The translations under genes were made by a program, and so were the position numbers. From Saprospiraceae bacterium (GTDB lineage Bacteria; Bacteroidota; Bacteroidia; Chitinophagales; Saprospiraceae), in contig JADJLQ010000002.1 of the NCBI GenBank assembly GCA_016709995.1, positions 1,070,524 through 1,134,523 of the forward strand: a DNA stretch of 64,000 nucleotides, given 5' to 3'. Below the pieces are notes generated by a model. The model worked only from the letters and a program-made list of their open reading frames with translations, ran no database searches and was not told the DNA's origin. Position 1 is the first letter of the stretch. Each line of letters starts with the position of its first letter. This document shows, one piece after another, positions 30,663-40,172 of this stretch.

Positions 30663-30828
30663 TTTTCGGCCTGACTAAGTTTTGCTGGGCGTATTAATTT
30701 TAACAATTTTCTTATCCCGGGCGAAAAGTAGAATTCTTTCTTAGTGATAATTTGGTTATTTTTTAAAAGCGTATTCAACTTTTAATTTTATCCTCACCTA
30801 ATTGGTTGTCCATTTTTCCATCCTTACT

Positions 30829-30906
30829 CCAAAAGGTCGTCCCTACGGGACTTTGGCAAGTGGCTGTTAGTCTAAGTTACCAAAAAGGCGCTCCGCTGGG
30901 GCTTTT
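30829..30906. repeat. two tandem REP-like hairpin units
   Basis: ccaaaaggtcgtccctacgggactttgg (hairpin gtccc/gggac) and ccaaaaaggcgctccgctggggctttt, about 50 nt apart, between the esterase gene and the prfC 3' end. Confidence 0.5.
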
Positions 30907-31013
30907 ATTCAGTCTGGGTATGACCACCCTGATCACCTTTAAGTTAACTTAATACATATGGATAGATGAAGAGTCTCGCTCTATCTTAAAACAAGCCTCT
31001 GAAATATCAGGAT

Positions 31014-32588
31014 TTACTCCTCACTCTTATACCTGAATTCAATCTTGGGATGACTTTCCTGCACCATCCTTAAGGTCCAGGGCGATTCAGCAAGCAATAC
31101 ATACTTGCCATCTTTGTCCTGGGCTATGTCTTTTTTCGTCTCTGGATAAATTCATTTAAGGCAGCTGTATCGTCACATTTAAACCACAATGCCTTGTGTA
31201 GTGGCAAGGGTTCATAAGAGCAGCTCGCTCCGTACTCATGCTCAAGACGGTATTGGATTACTTCAAATTGAAGTGCGCCTACTGTCCCGATGATTTTGCG
31301 ACCACTATCTTCTTTTATAAATAATTGAGCGACCCCTTCGTCCATAAGCTGCTCTATCCCTTTATTGAGTTGTTTGGTTTTAAGTGGGTTGGTATTGAGA
31401 ATGTACCTGAATTGTTCTGGAGAAAAAGAGGGAATACCTTTGAAATGTAAATCTTCACCTTCGGTGATCGTATCACCAATTTTAAAATTGCCACTGTCGT
31501 AAAGGCCTACGATGTCTCCAGGGAAGGCTTCGTCGACCACTTCTTTTTTGGCAGCCATAAAAGAATATGGATTGGAGAACTTAAGATTTTTATCCTGGCG
31601 CACCAGGTGGTAAGATTTATTACGCTCAAATACCCCACTCACTACCCGTACGAAGGCGATTCGATCCCGATGTCTCGGATCGATATTGGCATGAATCTTA
31701 AATACAAATCCAGTGAATTTTTTTTCTTCCGGCACGACTACTCTTTCTTCGGTCATGCGAGGCATGGGCTGTGGCGAAATCTCTACAAAACAATCCAGCA
31801 ATTCTTTGACCCCAAAATTATTGACCGCACTGCCAAAAAATACCGGAGAGATGGATCCATCGAGATATTTTTTTACATCAAACTTTGGGTAAACTGTAGT
31901 GACTGTCTCCAATTCGTCACGCAGTTCTTTGGCTGCAGATTCGCCGATGTGTTTTTCTAACTCCTTACTCTTAATGTCATCGATGATGATGGTTTCGTCT
32001 TCCCCTTGTTTGTGGTGAGGCTTAAAGAGATTAAGTTTTTGTTCATACAAATTGTATACCCCCTGGAAGCGGGACCCCATACCTATCGGCCAGGAGAGTG
32101 GGGTAACTTTGAGTTTGAGTTTGCCTTCGACTTCGTCCAGCAGATCGAACGCATCTTTGCCTTCACGGTCGAGTTTATTGATAAAAACCATCATGGGCGT
32201 ATCACGCATACGGCATACTTCGACTAGTTTCTCTGTTTGAGTCTCGACCCCTTTGGCTACATCAATGACGACGACAGCACTATCTACCGCAGTCAAGGTG
32301 CGGAAAGTATCTTCGGCAAAGTCCTGGTGACCCGGGGTATCAAGGAGGTTGATGAGGATGTCACGATACTCAAAGGCCATTACCGAAGTAGCGACAGAAA
32401 TACCTCTCTGTCGCTCTATCTCCATAAAGTCAGAAGTAGTCGTTTTTTTTGATTTTGTTTGATTTTACAGCACCTGCTATCTGTATAGCTCCCCCAAATA
32501 ATAAAAGTTTTTCGGTCAGGGTAGTTTTACCGGCATCCGGGTGGGAAATAATGCCAAAAGTGCGTCGTGCTTGTATCTGTTCTGCCAT
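31014..32588 (-). pseudogene. prfC: peptide chain release factor 3, reading frame broken twice at A/T homopolymers (possibly consensus errors)
   Basis: Three colinear pieces. The first is [48 protein letters not shown]. The second is (TTTSDF)MEIERQRGIS...FIQRRKK. The third is DIAQDKDGKYVLLAESPWTLRMVQESHPKIEFRYKSEE, ending at the stop at 31014-31016. The breaks sit at T8 (32443-32450) and T6 (31131-31136) on the plus strand. Confidence 0.85.
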
Positions 32589-32656
32589 AATAAAATAACT
32601 TGCCTTTCGCAGGCAGGGGCGCAAAGGTAAGAATTAGATGGAGATTAAATGTCGCT

Positions 32657-35236
32657 TTAGTATTGTCTGAGCTTACTTTTTAGAAGTTGAGCATTAATGG
32701 CAACAATTATAGTACTCAAACTCATAAAAACAGCGCCTACTGAGGGGCCTAAAACAAAACCTGATTTGTATAACACGCCTGCTGCCAATGGAATAGCTAT
32801 ACTGTTATAAGCGGTAGCCCATACCAGGTTTTGAACCATTTTCTTGTAAGTGGCTTTTCCGAAGAGAATTAAATTAGCAATGTCTTTGGGATTGCTGTTG
32901 ACTAATATAATGTCTGCTGTTTCTGCTGCCACATCTGTTCCGGAACCCACTGCTATACCTACATCTGATTGTGCCAAAGCCGGTGCATCATTTACACCAT
33001 CACCTGTCATGGCAACAAATTCACCTTTGCTTTGCAATTCTTTTACAATCTCCACTTTTTGATGGGGTAATACTTCTGAATAATAGCCATCCAAGTCCAA
33101 TTCATTAGCCACGGCTTTTGCTACTATTTCATTGTCACCTGTAGCCATCAACACTTTAATGCCATTCTTTTTGAATACCTGGATTGCTTCTGCACTTTCC
33201 GGCCTTATGGCATCAGCCAATGCGATGTATCCTGCCACTTTATCACGCACCAAAATAAAAACTACAGTTTCTGCTTTGCTTGAAAATGCGCCTTCCACCA
33301 CTAATAGATTTTTTTCTTTTAAATAACCCGGACTGACCACCTTTACAGATTTTCCTTCAACCAGTGCTTCAACGCCCTTACCGGTAATGGCATTAAATTT
33401 CTCTGCCTGGGGTATGGTGATATTGAGTTCTTTTACTTTATTGATAATTCCAACTGCTATCGGATGTTCGGATGTCTGTTCCAAAGCACTTGCCAATCGT
33501 AACAATTCATCTTTTGAAATTGAAGCGTCGACAGTTGCAAATCGGGTGACTCCAAAAACACCGGTGGTTAATGTTCCAGTCTTATCAAATAAAAGTGCTG
33601 TAATCTTTCTCGATTCCTCAAAAGCTGTCCGGTTACGAATCAATAAACCGTTTTGAGCCGAAACTGCTGTTGATATTGCTACTACCAAAGGAATAGCAAG
33701 GCCCAATGCATGTGGACAGGCAATCACCATTACCGTAACCATACGTTCCAAAGCAAAAACAAAAGGATACCCAACAATCAGCCAAACTGCCAACGTGATA
33801 AATCCAACTGACATAGCGATGTAGGTAAGCCATTTGGCTGCTCTGTCGCTGAAGTTCTGCATTTTAGATTTTGCTTTCTGTGCTTCTTCTACCAGCGTGA
33901 TTACTTTATTTAGATAACTTTCTTTGCCGGTATGTTCCACCAGCATTTTTAAAGAACCGTTTCCATTGATAGAACCTCCTATCACTTTGTTCTCTTTTTC
34001 TTTTTTTACCGGTTTCGATTCACCGGTGAGCATGGATTCATTTAAATAACTGCTACCCTCCACAATGATTCCATCTGCAGGAACTTTTTCTCCCGGTTTG
34101 ATCAAAATAGTATCATCCTTCTTTAAAACTTCCAGTTTTACCTCTTCTATTTGCCCATCTTTTTTTACACGGTGTGCTTCAGCAGGCATCATACTTACTA
34201 ATAATTGCAATGCTTTGGATGCTCCTAGTACTGATTTCATTTCCAGCCAGTGGCCTAATAGCATGATAACAATTAGGGTAGCCAGTTCCCAGAAAAAGTC
34301 AACGCCTTTCAAACCAAAAACGGTGGCCATGCTATAAAAATAAGAGACTGAAATGGCCATTGCAATAAGCGTCATCATGCCGGGACCTTTGGCTTTTATT
34401 TCATTCCAGAAACCTTTCAGGAATGGCCATCCCCCCCAAAAATAAATCACAGACGACAGTGCCAGCAGAATATATGAATTGTATGGAACTGTAATCCTAT
34501 ATCTGAAGAAATCCTGTATCATTGGAGACAATACTAGAATTGGAGCAGTAAGAATGAGGCTTACCCAAAAGCGTTTTTTAAAATCCTTTATCATCATTTT
34601 ATGGTGATCGTGTCCGGCCATGTCCATTGGAATACTTCCATGATCCATTTTACTGTGATCCATTTTGGAATGATCCGTTTTTGAGTCTTTCATTCCTGCC
34701 TTGCCGGCAGGCAGGTTCGAATGATCCATGTTCGAATGATCCATCTTACTGTGGTCAATACCTGAATTAACTTCCTCCCTCTTCTCCCCAATTGCAGTTG
34801 GTTTGATTTCGGACTTGTGGTTTTCTTCCTGTGGTTTGGCTGCAGTTGACTTTTCTTTCGCTTTTTCTGGATTGACTTCCGTTCCGGTCGGCGGATTCAC
34901 ATCAGGATTTTTCATGTTTGCAGGAGATTTGATTTCAGGGGTATCCTTTTCCTCCAGAATTTCGGCTGAAGGTGGGGTTGCTATAACTTCACCATTCTGT
35001 TCTGCAGGTTTGTCTTCCGAATTCTCCTGTGCAAAGGACTCATGACTTCTTTGCCGTACAACGGATTTGATATCAGCAACATTCAGAAGGGTTTCGTCAT
35101 ATCGTACAGTGGCATTTCCTGTATCGTAATTCAATGTAACACTTTCTACACCTGGCACTTCACAAATGTGTTTTTCCACTTCTTGTACGCTCCACACTGA
35201 TAACATGTCTTGTACATTGATATTGCTTGTTTTCAT
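32657..35236 (-). CDS. copB: CopB-type (P1B-3) copper-translocating P-type ATPase with a Cys-less HMA-like domain and a His-rich N-terminal region
   Basis: 859 aa with the CPH motif (VIACPHALGLAIP), DKTGTLT, TGDN and GDGVNDAP. The N-terminus has MDHS(K/N) repeats and an HMA-like fold with DMLSVWS in place of GMTCxxC. Confidence 0.88.
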   Translation of the reverse strand: MKTSNINVQDMLSVWSVQEVEKHICEVPGVESVTLNYDTGNATVRYDETLLNVADIKSVVRQRSHESFAQENSEDKPAEQNGEVIATPPSAEILEEKDTPEIKSPANMKNPDVNPPTGTEVNPEKAKEKSTAAKPQEENHKSEIKPTAIGEKREEVNSGIDHSKMDHSNMDHSNLPAGKAGMKDSKTDHSKMDHSKMDHGSIPMDMAGHDHHKMMIKDFKKRFWVSLILTAPILVLSPMIQDFFRYRITVPYNSYILLALSSVIYFWGGWPFLKGFWNEIKAKGPGMMTLIAMAISVSYFYSMATVFGLKGVDFFWELATLIVIMLLGHWLEMKSVLGASKALQLLVSMMPAEAHRVKKDGQIEEVKLEVLKKDDTILIKPGEKVPADGIIVEGSSYLNESMLTGESKPVKKEKENKVIGGSINGNGSLKMLVEHTGKESYLNKVITLVEEAQKAKSKMQNFSDRAAKWLTYIAMSVGFITLAVWLIVGYPFVFALERMVTVMVIACPHALGLAIPLVVAISTAVSAQNGLLIRNRTAFEESRKITALLFDKTGTLTTGVFGVTRFATVDASISKDELLRLASALEQTSEHPIAVGIINKVKELNITIPQAEKFNAITGKGVEALVEGKSVKVVSPGYLKEKNLLVVEGAFSSKAETVVFILVRDKVAGYIALADAIRPESAEAIQVFKKNGIKVLMATGDNEIVAKAVANELDLDGYYSEVLPHQKVEIVKELQSKGEFVAMTGDGVNDAPALAQSDVGIAVGSGTDVAAETADIILVNSNPKDIANLILFGKATYKKMVQNLVWATAYNSIAIPLAAGVLYKSGFVLGPSVGAVFMSLSTIIVAINAQLLKSKLRQY

Positions 35237-36041
35237 AAACTCTAATTGTTCTATTAAAAATATTTGTCAGTCGCTGTATTATTCAGGATGTTTGCATTGT
35301 CCTTCACGACATTGAACCTGATCAGCATCTCAACACCTCTAGCGGTGAAAGATAGAGGTTACCCCATCAAATTTAACCAAGGTATGTTTCATATTCTGCT
35401 CTTTTCTATATTCTATTCAATGTTTTAATATTATGATTGAGGATATTTATGTGAAATTAAATGATTGTTGACTAATTCCGCTAGTTTATAATTTCGATAC
35501 CAATGTTTTTCGGATGGAATGATATGCCTGGGTTGCCGATTGCATCTTTCTACAAGCATACTGTACGATTTCATTTAGTGATTAGAATAACCAACGTGGT
35601 ATCTTTTTTTCCAGGTTGACCAGGGATGCCAAAAGGAGTTGCAAAAATGCAGATGATAAGTACTATCCAAATAATCCACTAATAGGAGGTGCATTCCTCT
35701 GAAGTGATAGATATAATGAGACATTATTTTATAATACAATGGTTAATAAACAGTTTATTTATTTAAAATTTATTAGTGCTCATTTGCATTTATTGATAAA
35801 ATGTACAATTTTCTGTTTTAAATAAATGGCTTAGGGCTGTTTTTTTGCCTGTGATGTTGCTGTAATTTTCTTTTTTTCTTTTACATCTTCGCAATTCTTT
35901 TTACGGATTTATCGACAGCCTTTCCGATTTTATCTTTCTCTTTCTGCATTAGTATCTTTCAACACTTTATTTATAGTGGTAAAAGATTTCTACGCAACAC
36001 TTTATTTGAGTTGTTTTCAGTTGTCTTTTTTAAGCTGATAT

Positions 36042-36260
36042 TTAGTTGGAGGCAAGTTCCCTAATGGTGTAATTTCCTGCTGTTTTTAGTTGAGCTTGTA
36101 ATTCTGCGATATCAACATTTTTGTTCATGGTAAGAATGGCACGTTGCGGATTTAATCCTACTTCAGCCTCCTGGATTTCTGGTAGTTTGAGTAATGTGTT
36201 CCTTACGCTATTAACACATCCCCCGCAACTCATACCTGTTAAGTCATATTCTTTTTTCAT
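36042..36260 (-). CDS. copZ: heavy-metal-associated (HMA) domain copper chaperone
   Basis: 72 aa with the GMSCGGCVNSV metal-binding motif. Confidence 0.85.
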   Translation of the reverse strand: MKKEYDLTGMSCGGCVNSVRNTLLKLPEIQEAEVGLNPQRAILTMNKNVDIAELQAQLKTAGNYTIRELASN

Positions 36261-36417
36261 TTTTAAATTTGTTTAATTGGCTGCTAATTAATATTTCTTT
36301 GTTTCTATTTTCATTGCTTTTATATTACACCTGTCCTGTATGGCTATCATAAAACGACCTGTATTACTTCTGTTCGTCTCACTGTCAATATTTCTTTCTG
36401 TATAGACCGGTACGTAA

Positions 36418-36864
36418 TTAATGCATCATTCCTTTTCCTCCCATCATGCTCTTTTCCTGCATCATTTTCATCATTCCGGGATTTTGAGAAATCATATTCA
36501 TCATAGTTTTAATCATCTCTGGATTCTGCATCATCTTGCTCATCATCATATTCATCATCCCCTGTTGCTGCATCATCATATTCATCATTGATTGGCCTGA
36601 TATACTGTCATTTTCAGCCATGTTCATCACACCCTGCATCATTGGTCCGTTTTGCATCATCATCTGCATGGCATGTCCGTTGTCTGTCATATGACTCAAC
36701 ATGTTGGTCATCATCTGGTGATTATTTGCAATATAAGTCATAATAGAATCCTGTTGTGATTTGTTATTCAGCAATTCTGATACAGAAGGATTCTGTCTTT
36801 GAGAACAAGATGAAATATAAAGTATCAATCCTGTTGTTACTAAAATTGTTTTTAATTTATTCAT
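36418..36864 (-). CDS. extremely methionine-rich lipoprotein (candidate periplasmic Cu(I)/Ag(I)-binding protein)
   Basis: 148 aa with lipoprotein signal MNKLKTILVTTGLILYISSC. By my count 38 residues are Met, and 36 of the last 98. Repeated MMNMMM/MMQN units. The gene sits between the cus operon and copZ. Confidence 0.65.
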   Translation of the reverse strand: MNKLKTILVTTGLILYISSCSQRQNPSVSELLNNKSQQDSIMTYIANNHQMMTNMLSHMTDNGHAMQMMMQNGPMMQGVMNMAENDSISGQSMMNMMMQQQGMMNMMMSKMMQNPEMIKTMMNMISQNPGMMKMMQEKSMMGGKGMMH

Positions 36865-37579
36865 TATTTTTAATTTTGTTGATTATAATATTGATGTAGA
36901 TTTGGACAAAGCATATAATTGTACTCAGTTTCAGGTTGAATTTAGTTAATAGCTGTTTGCCTTATTGCCTGGCCTGAATTTTAGATCTTTTGTTGTTAGA
37001 CCTTCAAGCTTCGTAAAACTACCGTTCACAATTTAAGCATGAATTCATTATTCGTTTTCTGTTTTCAAGGTTCATGGTTTTGACTTGTATGGTTTTGAAA
37101 GGATGCGAAAAGAATGAATTAAAGACTTCAACTACCGCTGTTAGTATTTTTAATTGAACTTAATCATTAGCGCCACCCAAATGTACTTTCTTAAATGCCA
37201 CATATATTACACAAATAAGGATAAATGTTACATCATTCACATATTTAAATTCCTGTGTAGCTTTAAGAATCTCTATTATTTATCTGTATATATTGGTGTT
37301 TTTTATAATTGGATAGCGATTAATGTATCCTGATTGAGACATCATTTAAATTATTTTTTGATTTTGTAATAATTCATGGGCATGAATTAAATTATCTGGT
37401 TTTGAATGAATAATTTTGTCTTTTGCAGACTCTTTTAAGATTTGCTATATAGTGATGAAATTGGCAAGGTGCTTGCCAAAAATTATTGTTAAGAATAAGC
37501 TTGAAAAGTTGCCTAAACGTAAATGGATGCCAATTTGAATAGCAAAAGTAGCATTGATACATATTTTATTTCAGTAATC

Positions 37580-38791
37580 TTAATTTGTGCCCATGTCCAT
37601 TCCATCCATGCCGGCCATGGTATTGACACCTTTCTTAAAAACAAACTCACTATTCAATAAATAAGCACCCCGTGTTACCACTACATCACCGTTTGTCAAT
37701 CCTGATTTTATTTCCAACCTGTCGCCACTTTCCAGACCGATTTGGATCATCTTCATTTTATAACTATTTTTCACTGTCTGCACCCATACAATATTTGTTT
37801 TTCCATTTCGTAGTACAGCATCTGTAGGAAGTGTGAGTGAATTTAGTTCTTTGCTTTTTATGATGACATAAGCTGGCATTCCTGGCTTAAGTAAGCCATT
37901 GGCGTTAGGTATAGAAACTCTCACCAGGACAAGCCGTCTGTCTGATGCTATCTCAGGATTTGCAAATTCAATTTTTCCTTTCCATTCTTTGCCTGGTAGA
38001 TCCGGAAATTGGACTATGACAGTTCCTTTCAGGTTTAAAGCTGATAATTGTGAACTGTATACCTGGGCTTCTGCCCATAAAGAAGAAAGATCGGCCAGCT
38101 TTACGATGGTGCTTCCTTCCGATACATACTGACCTTCCATCACCGGCAATTCTGTAATATAGCCAGAAGTATTGCTGAAAAACGATGTAAGCGGAGAAGC
38201 CAGTTTTGTTTTGGCTAACTCCTGTACTTGTGATTCATTCATGCCCCATAACATCAATTTTGTTTTTGCACTTTCAATCAGCCGGTTAAAATCTATGATG
38301 GAATTATCGAGTGTATTTTGTTTTTCAAAGGCTATTAGGTACTCCTGCTTAGCATTGTTTAATTCCTCACTATACAGATCATAGAGATGTGCTCCCTTAG
38401 AAACATAATCACCCATATTTTTATAATATAGTCTGTCGATGCGCCCCATGATTCGGGCATTGATGCTAGACACTTTGGTTTCATCTGTATTTAATGTTGC
38501 AGTCAATATCATTTTATCACTGATCAATCCGTACCGAATGGTATCTGTTTGAATATTACCCAATCGGATCTGTTCATCATTGAGCAATAATTCATTTTCT
38601 GCTGTATTGGTTTTCTTTACTACTATCAATTCCATATGGCAGATTGGACAATTTCCGGGTTTGTCCTGCATGATCTGTGGATGCATACTACAGGTATAAT
38701 ATTCGTCTTTATTCACCCTAGTTGGCTTTTTAGTTAGACAGGATGTAAAGACTAGTAAAAGGGCTGCGATAATTATTATATATTTTTTCAT
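37580..38791 (-). CDS. CusB-like RND periplasmic adaptor with one N-terminal Cys4 heavy-metal-binding module
   Basis: 403 aa, lipobox FTSC, module YYTCSMHPQIMQDKPGNCPICHMEL, HlyD_D23-like body, C-terminal GMDGMDMG. Confidence 0.85.
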   Translation of the reverse strand: MKKYIIIIAALLLVFTSCLTKKPTRVNKDEYYTCSMHPQIMQDKPGNCPICHMELIVVKKTNTAENELLLNDEQIRLGNIQTDTIRYGLISDKMILTATLNTDETKVSSINARIMGRIDRLYYKNMGDYVSKGAHLYDLYSEELNNAKQEYLIAFEKQNTLDNSIIDFNRLIESAKTKLMLWGMNESQVQELAKTKLASPLTSFFSNTSGYITELPVMEGQYVSEGSTIVKLADLSSLWAEAQVYSSQLSALNLKGTVIVQFPDLPGKEWKGKIEFANPEIASDRRLVLVRVSIPNANGLLKPGMPAYVIIKSKELNSLTLPTDAVLRNGKTNIVWVQTVKNSYKMKMIQIGLESGDRLEIKSGLTNGDVVVTRGAYLLNSEFVFKKGVNTMAGMDGMDMGTN

Positions 38792-38797
38792 AATTCC

Positions 38798-40171
38798 TTA
38801 TTTAGTTTTTATGAAACTTTCACTGTCTACCAGGTACTGTGCATTTGCGGCCACGGCTTCTGTTTTATCGAGGCCGTTTAATACCTGAACCAGATATTTA
38901 TTGGTAATTCCGGTTTCAATTTTTCTAGCCATAAAAGCTTCCCCTGTCCTTACAAAGACCACATTGTCCAGGCCCAGTGATAATACTGCTTCCTCTGGCA
39001 GCCAGTTTGCCAGACGGTTTCCAGCATAAATGGTAGCTTTCACCTGACTGCCTATCGGAAGTCTATAGGAGGAATTATCAAAGTAGACCCTAGCTGTTAC
39101 TGTTTTACTGGCTTCATTATAAAAAGGTTCTATGTAGCTGATGCTGGCATTAAAATCATTTTCAGAATTTGTTTCCGGAATGATGTGTACTTTATTTCCC
39201 ACTTGTAGCATAGCTGCCTGTCCGGTAAAAATATTCAGCATGGCCCATGCTTTATTCGGATTATAGACCGAAAAAATGTTTTGTCCTTTCTGCACATACA
39301 TTCCTTCTTTAACGGATAATTCAGCGGTAGTAGCATCCAACAGTTGCATGGTTGCGGGTTGATTGTTTCCCATGCCTTTGCTGGTGCTTTCATGAATATG
39401 ACCACTGTAATTACTGAAAAGAGAAACATTATAAGATGGTTTGGAAGTATTCATCACGCTACTTACTTGTTGATTGCTCATACCCAACAGAAACAATTTC
39501 TGTTTTGCAGCACTGATTAACGTAGCATTCTCCCGGTCATTTTTTAGCAGAAACAAAAGATTTTCCTGAGCAGTCAATAGTTCAGGGCTATAGATGTCCA
39601 TAATCCGCTGTCCTCTGTTGATTTTTTGAAAACGATATTTCACATACAACTTTTCAATACGGCCTGAAAAGTTAGTGGATATAATGCCTGTTTGTCTTGT
39701 GTCATAAGTGATAAATCCATATGATTCCATTTCTATATCTTCTTCCCTTGCCATCATGTGAACCATGGGTACATTGGCAATCACCTGCTGATTAGAAGGT
39801 TTGAGCAAGGCATTCAGCGAAACAGCTTTGGATTCGTTGGGTGACTTTACCTTTTCGAGTTGCATACCGCAGATCGGACAAGTTCCTTCCATATCGCTAT
39901 GCACCTGCGGATGCATAGGACAGGTGTATCCTTTAGTTATTGCCATGCTGCTGTCAGCTATTTCTTGTCCCACGTGCATGGTATGATTCTCTATTGGTAC
40001 CAGATCCATTCCACATTTAGGACATGTACCGGGTTGGTCACTGAACACGGAATCCTCTGGCATAGGACAGGTATACATTATCTCTGTTTGCTGGTTACCA
40101 CTATTGCAGGCAAAAAAGCAGAGGGCCATGCTTACAACTGCAAACCATTTTATTTTATGAATTGGGTACAT
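38798..40171 (-). CDS. CusB-like RND periplasmic adaptor with two N-terminal Cys4 heavy-metal-binding modules
   Basis: 457 aa, lipobox FFAC, modules YTCPMPEDSVFSDQPGTCPKCGMDL and YTCPMHPQVHSDMEGTCPICGMQL, then an MFP body. Confidence 0.85.
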   Translation of the reverse strand: MYPIHKIKWFAVVSMALCFFACNSGNQQTEIMYTCPMPEDSVFSDQPGTCPKCGMDLVPIENHTMHVGQEIADSSMAITKGYTCPMHPQVHSDMEGTCPICGMQLEKVKSPNESKAVSLNALLKPSNQQVIANVPMVHMMAREEDIEMESYGFITYDTRQTGIISTNFSGRIEKLYVKYRFQKINRGQRIMDIYSPELLTAQENLLFLLKNDRENATLISAAKQKLFLLGMSNQQVSSVMNTSKPSYNVSLFSNYSGHIHESTSKGMGNNQPATMQLLDATTAELSVKEGMYVQKGQNIFSVYNPNKAWAMLNIFTGQAAMLQVGNKVHIIPETNSENDFNASISYIEPFYNEASKTVTARVYFDNSSYRLPIGSQVKATIYAGNRLANWLPEEAVLSLGLDNVVFVRTGEAFMARKIETGITNKYLVQVLNGLDKTEAVAANAQYLVDSESFIKTK

Positions 40172-40172
40172 G

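Noticed and set aside
32430-32460. Programmed frameshift in prfC, by analogy with prfB.
   Set aside because: There is no in-frame stop with an upstream SD-like stimulator as in prfB. A second independent shift exists at 31131-31136, and similar homopolymer lesions occur in unrelated genes. I keep it only as a slippage or error question in the findings.
37461-37479. Sigma-54 promoter call for ttggcaaggtgcttgccaa (GG-N10-GC on both strands).
   Set aside because: It is a perfect palindrome, the nearest downstream start codon is about 600 nt away on the minus strand and none lies on the plus strand, and there is no enhancer-binding protein gene nearby. I report it only as a palindrome.
35237-37579. 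Short ORFs (17-49 aa) in the two AT-rich gaps, for example MKSYSMLVERCNRQPRH… (minus strand from 35573) and MSHYIYHFRGMH… (minus strand from 35723).
   Set aside because: No motifs, unconvincing starts, and AT-rich DNA yields such ORFs by chance.
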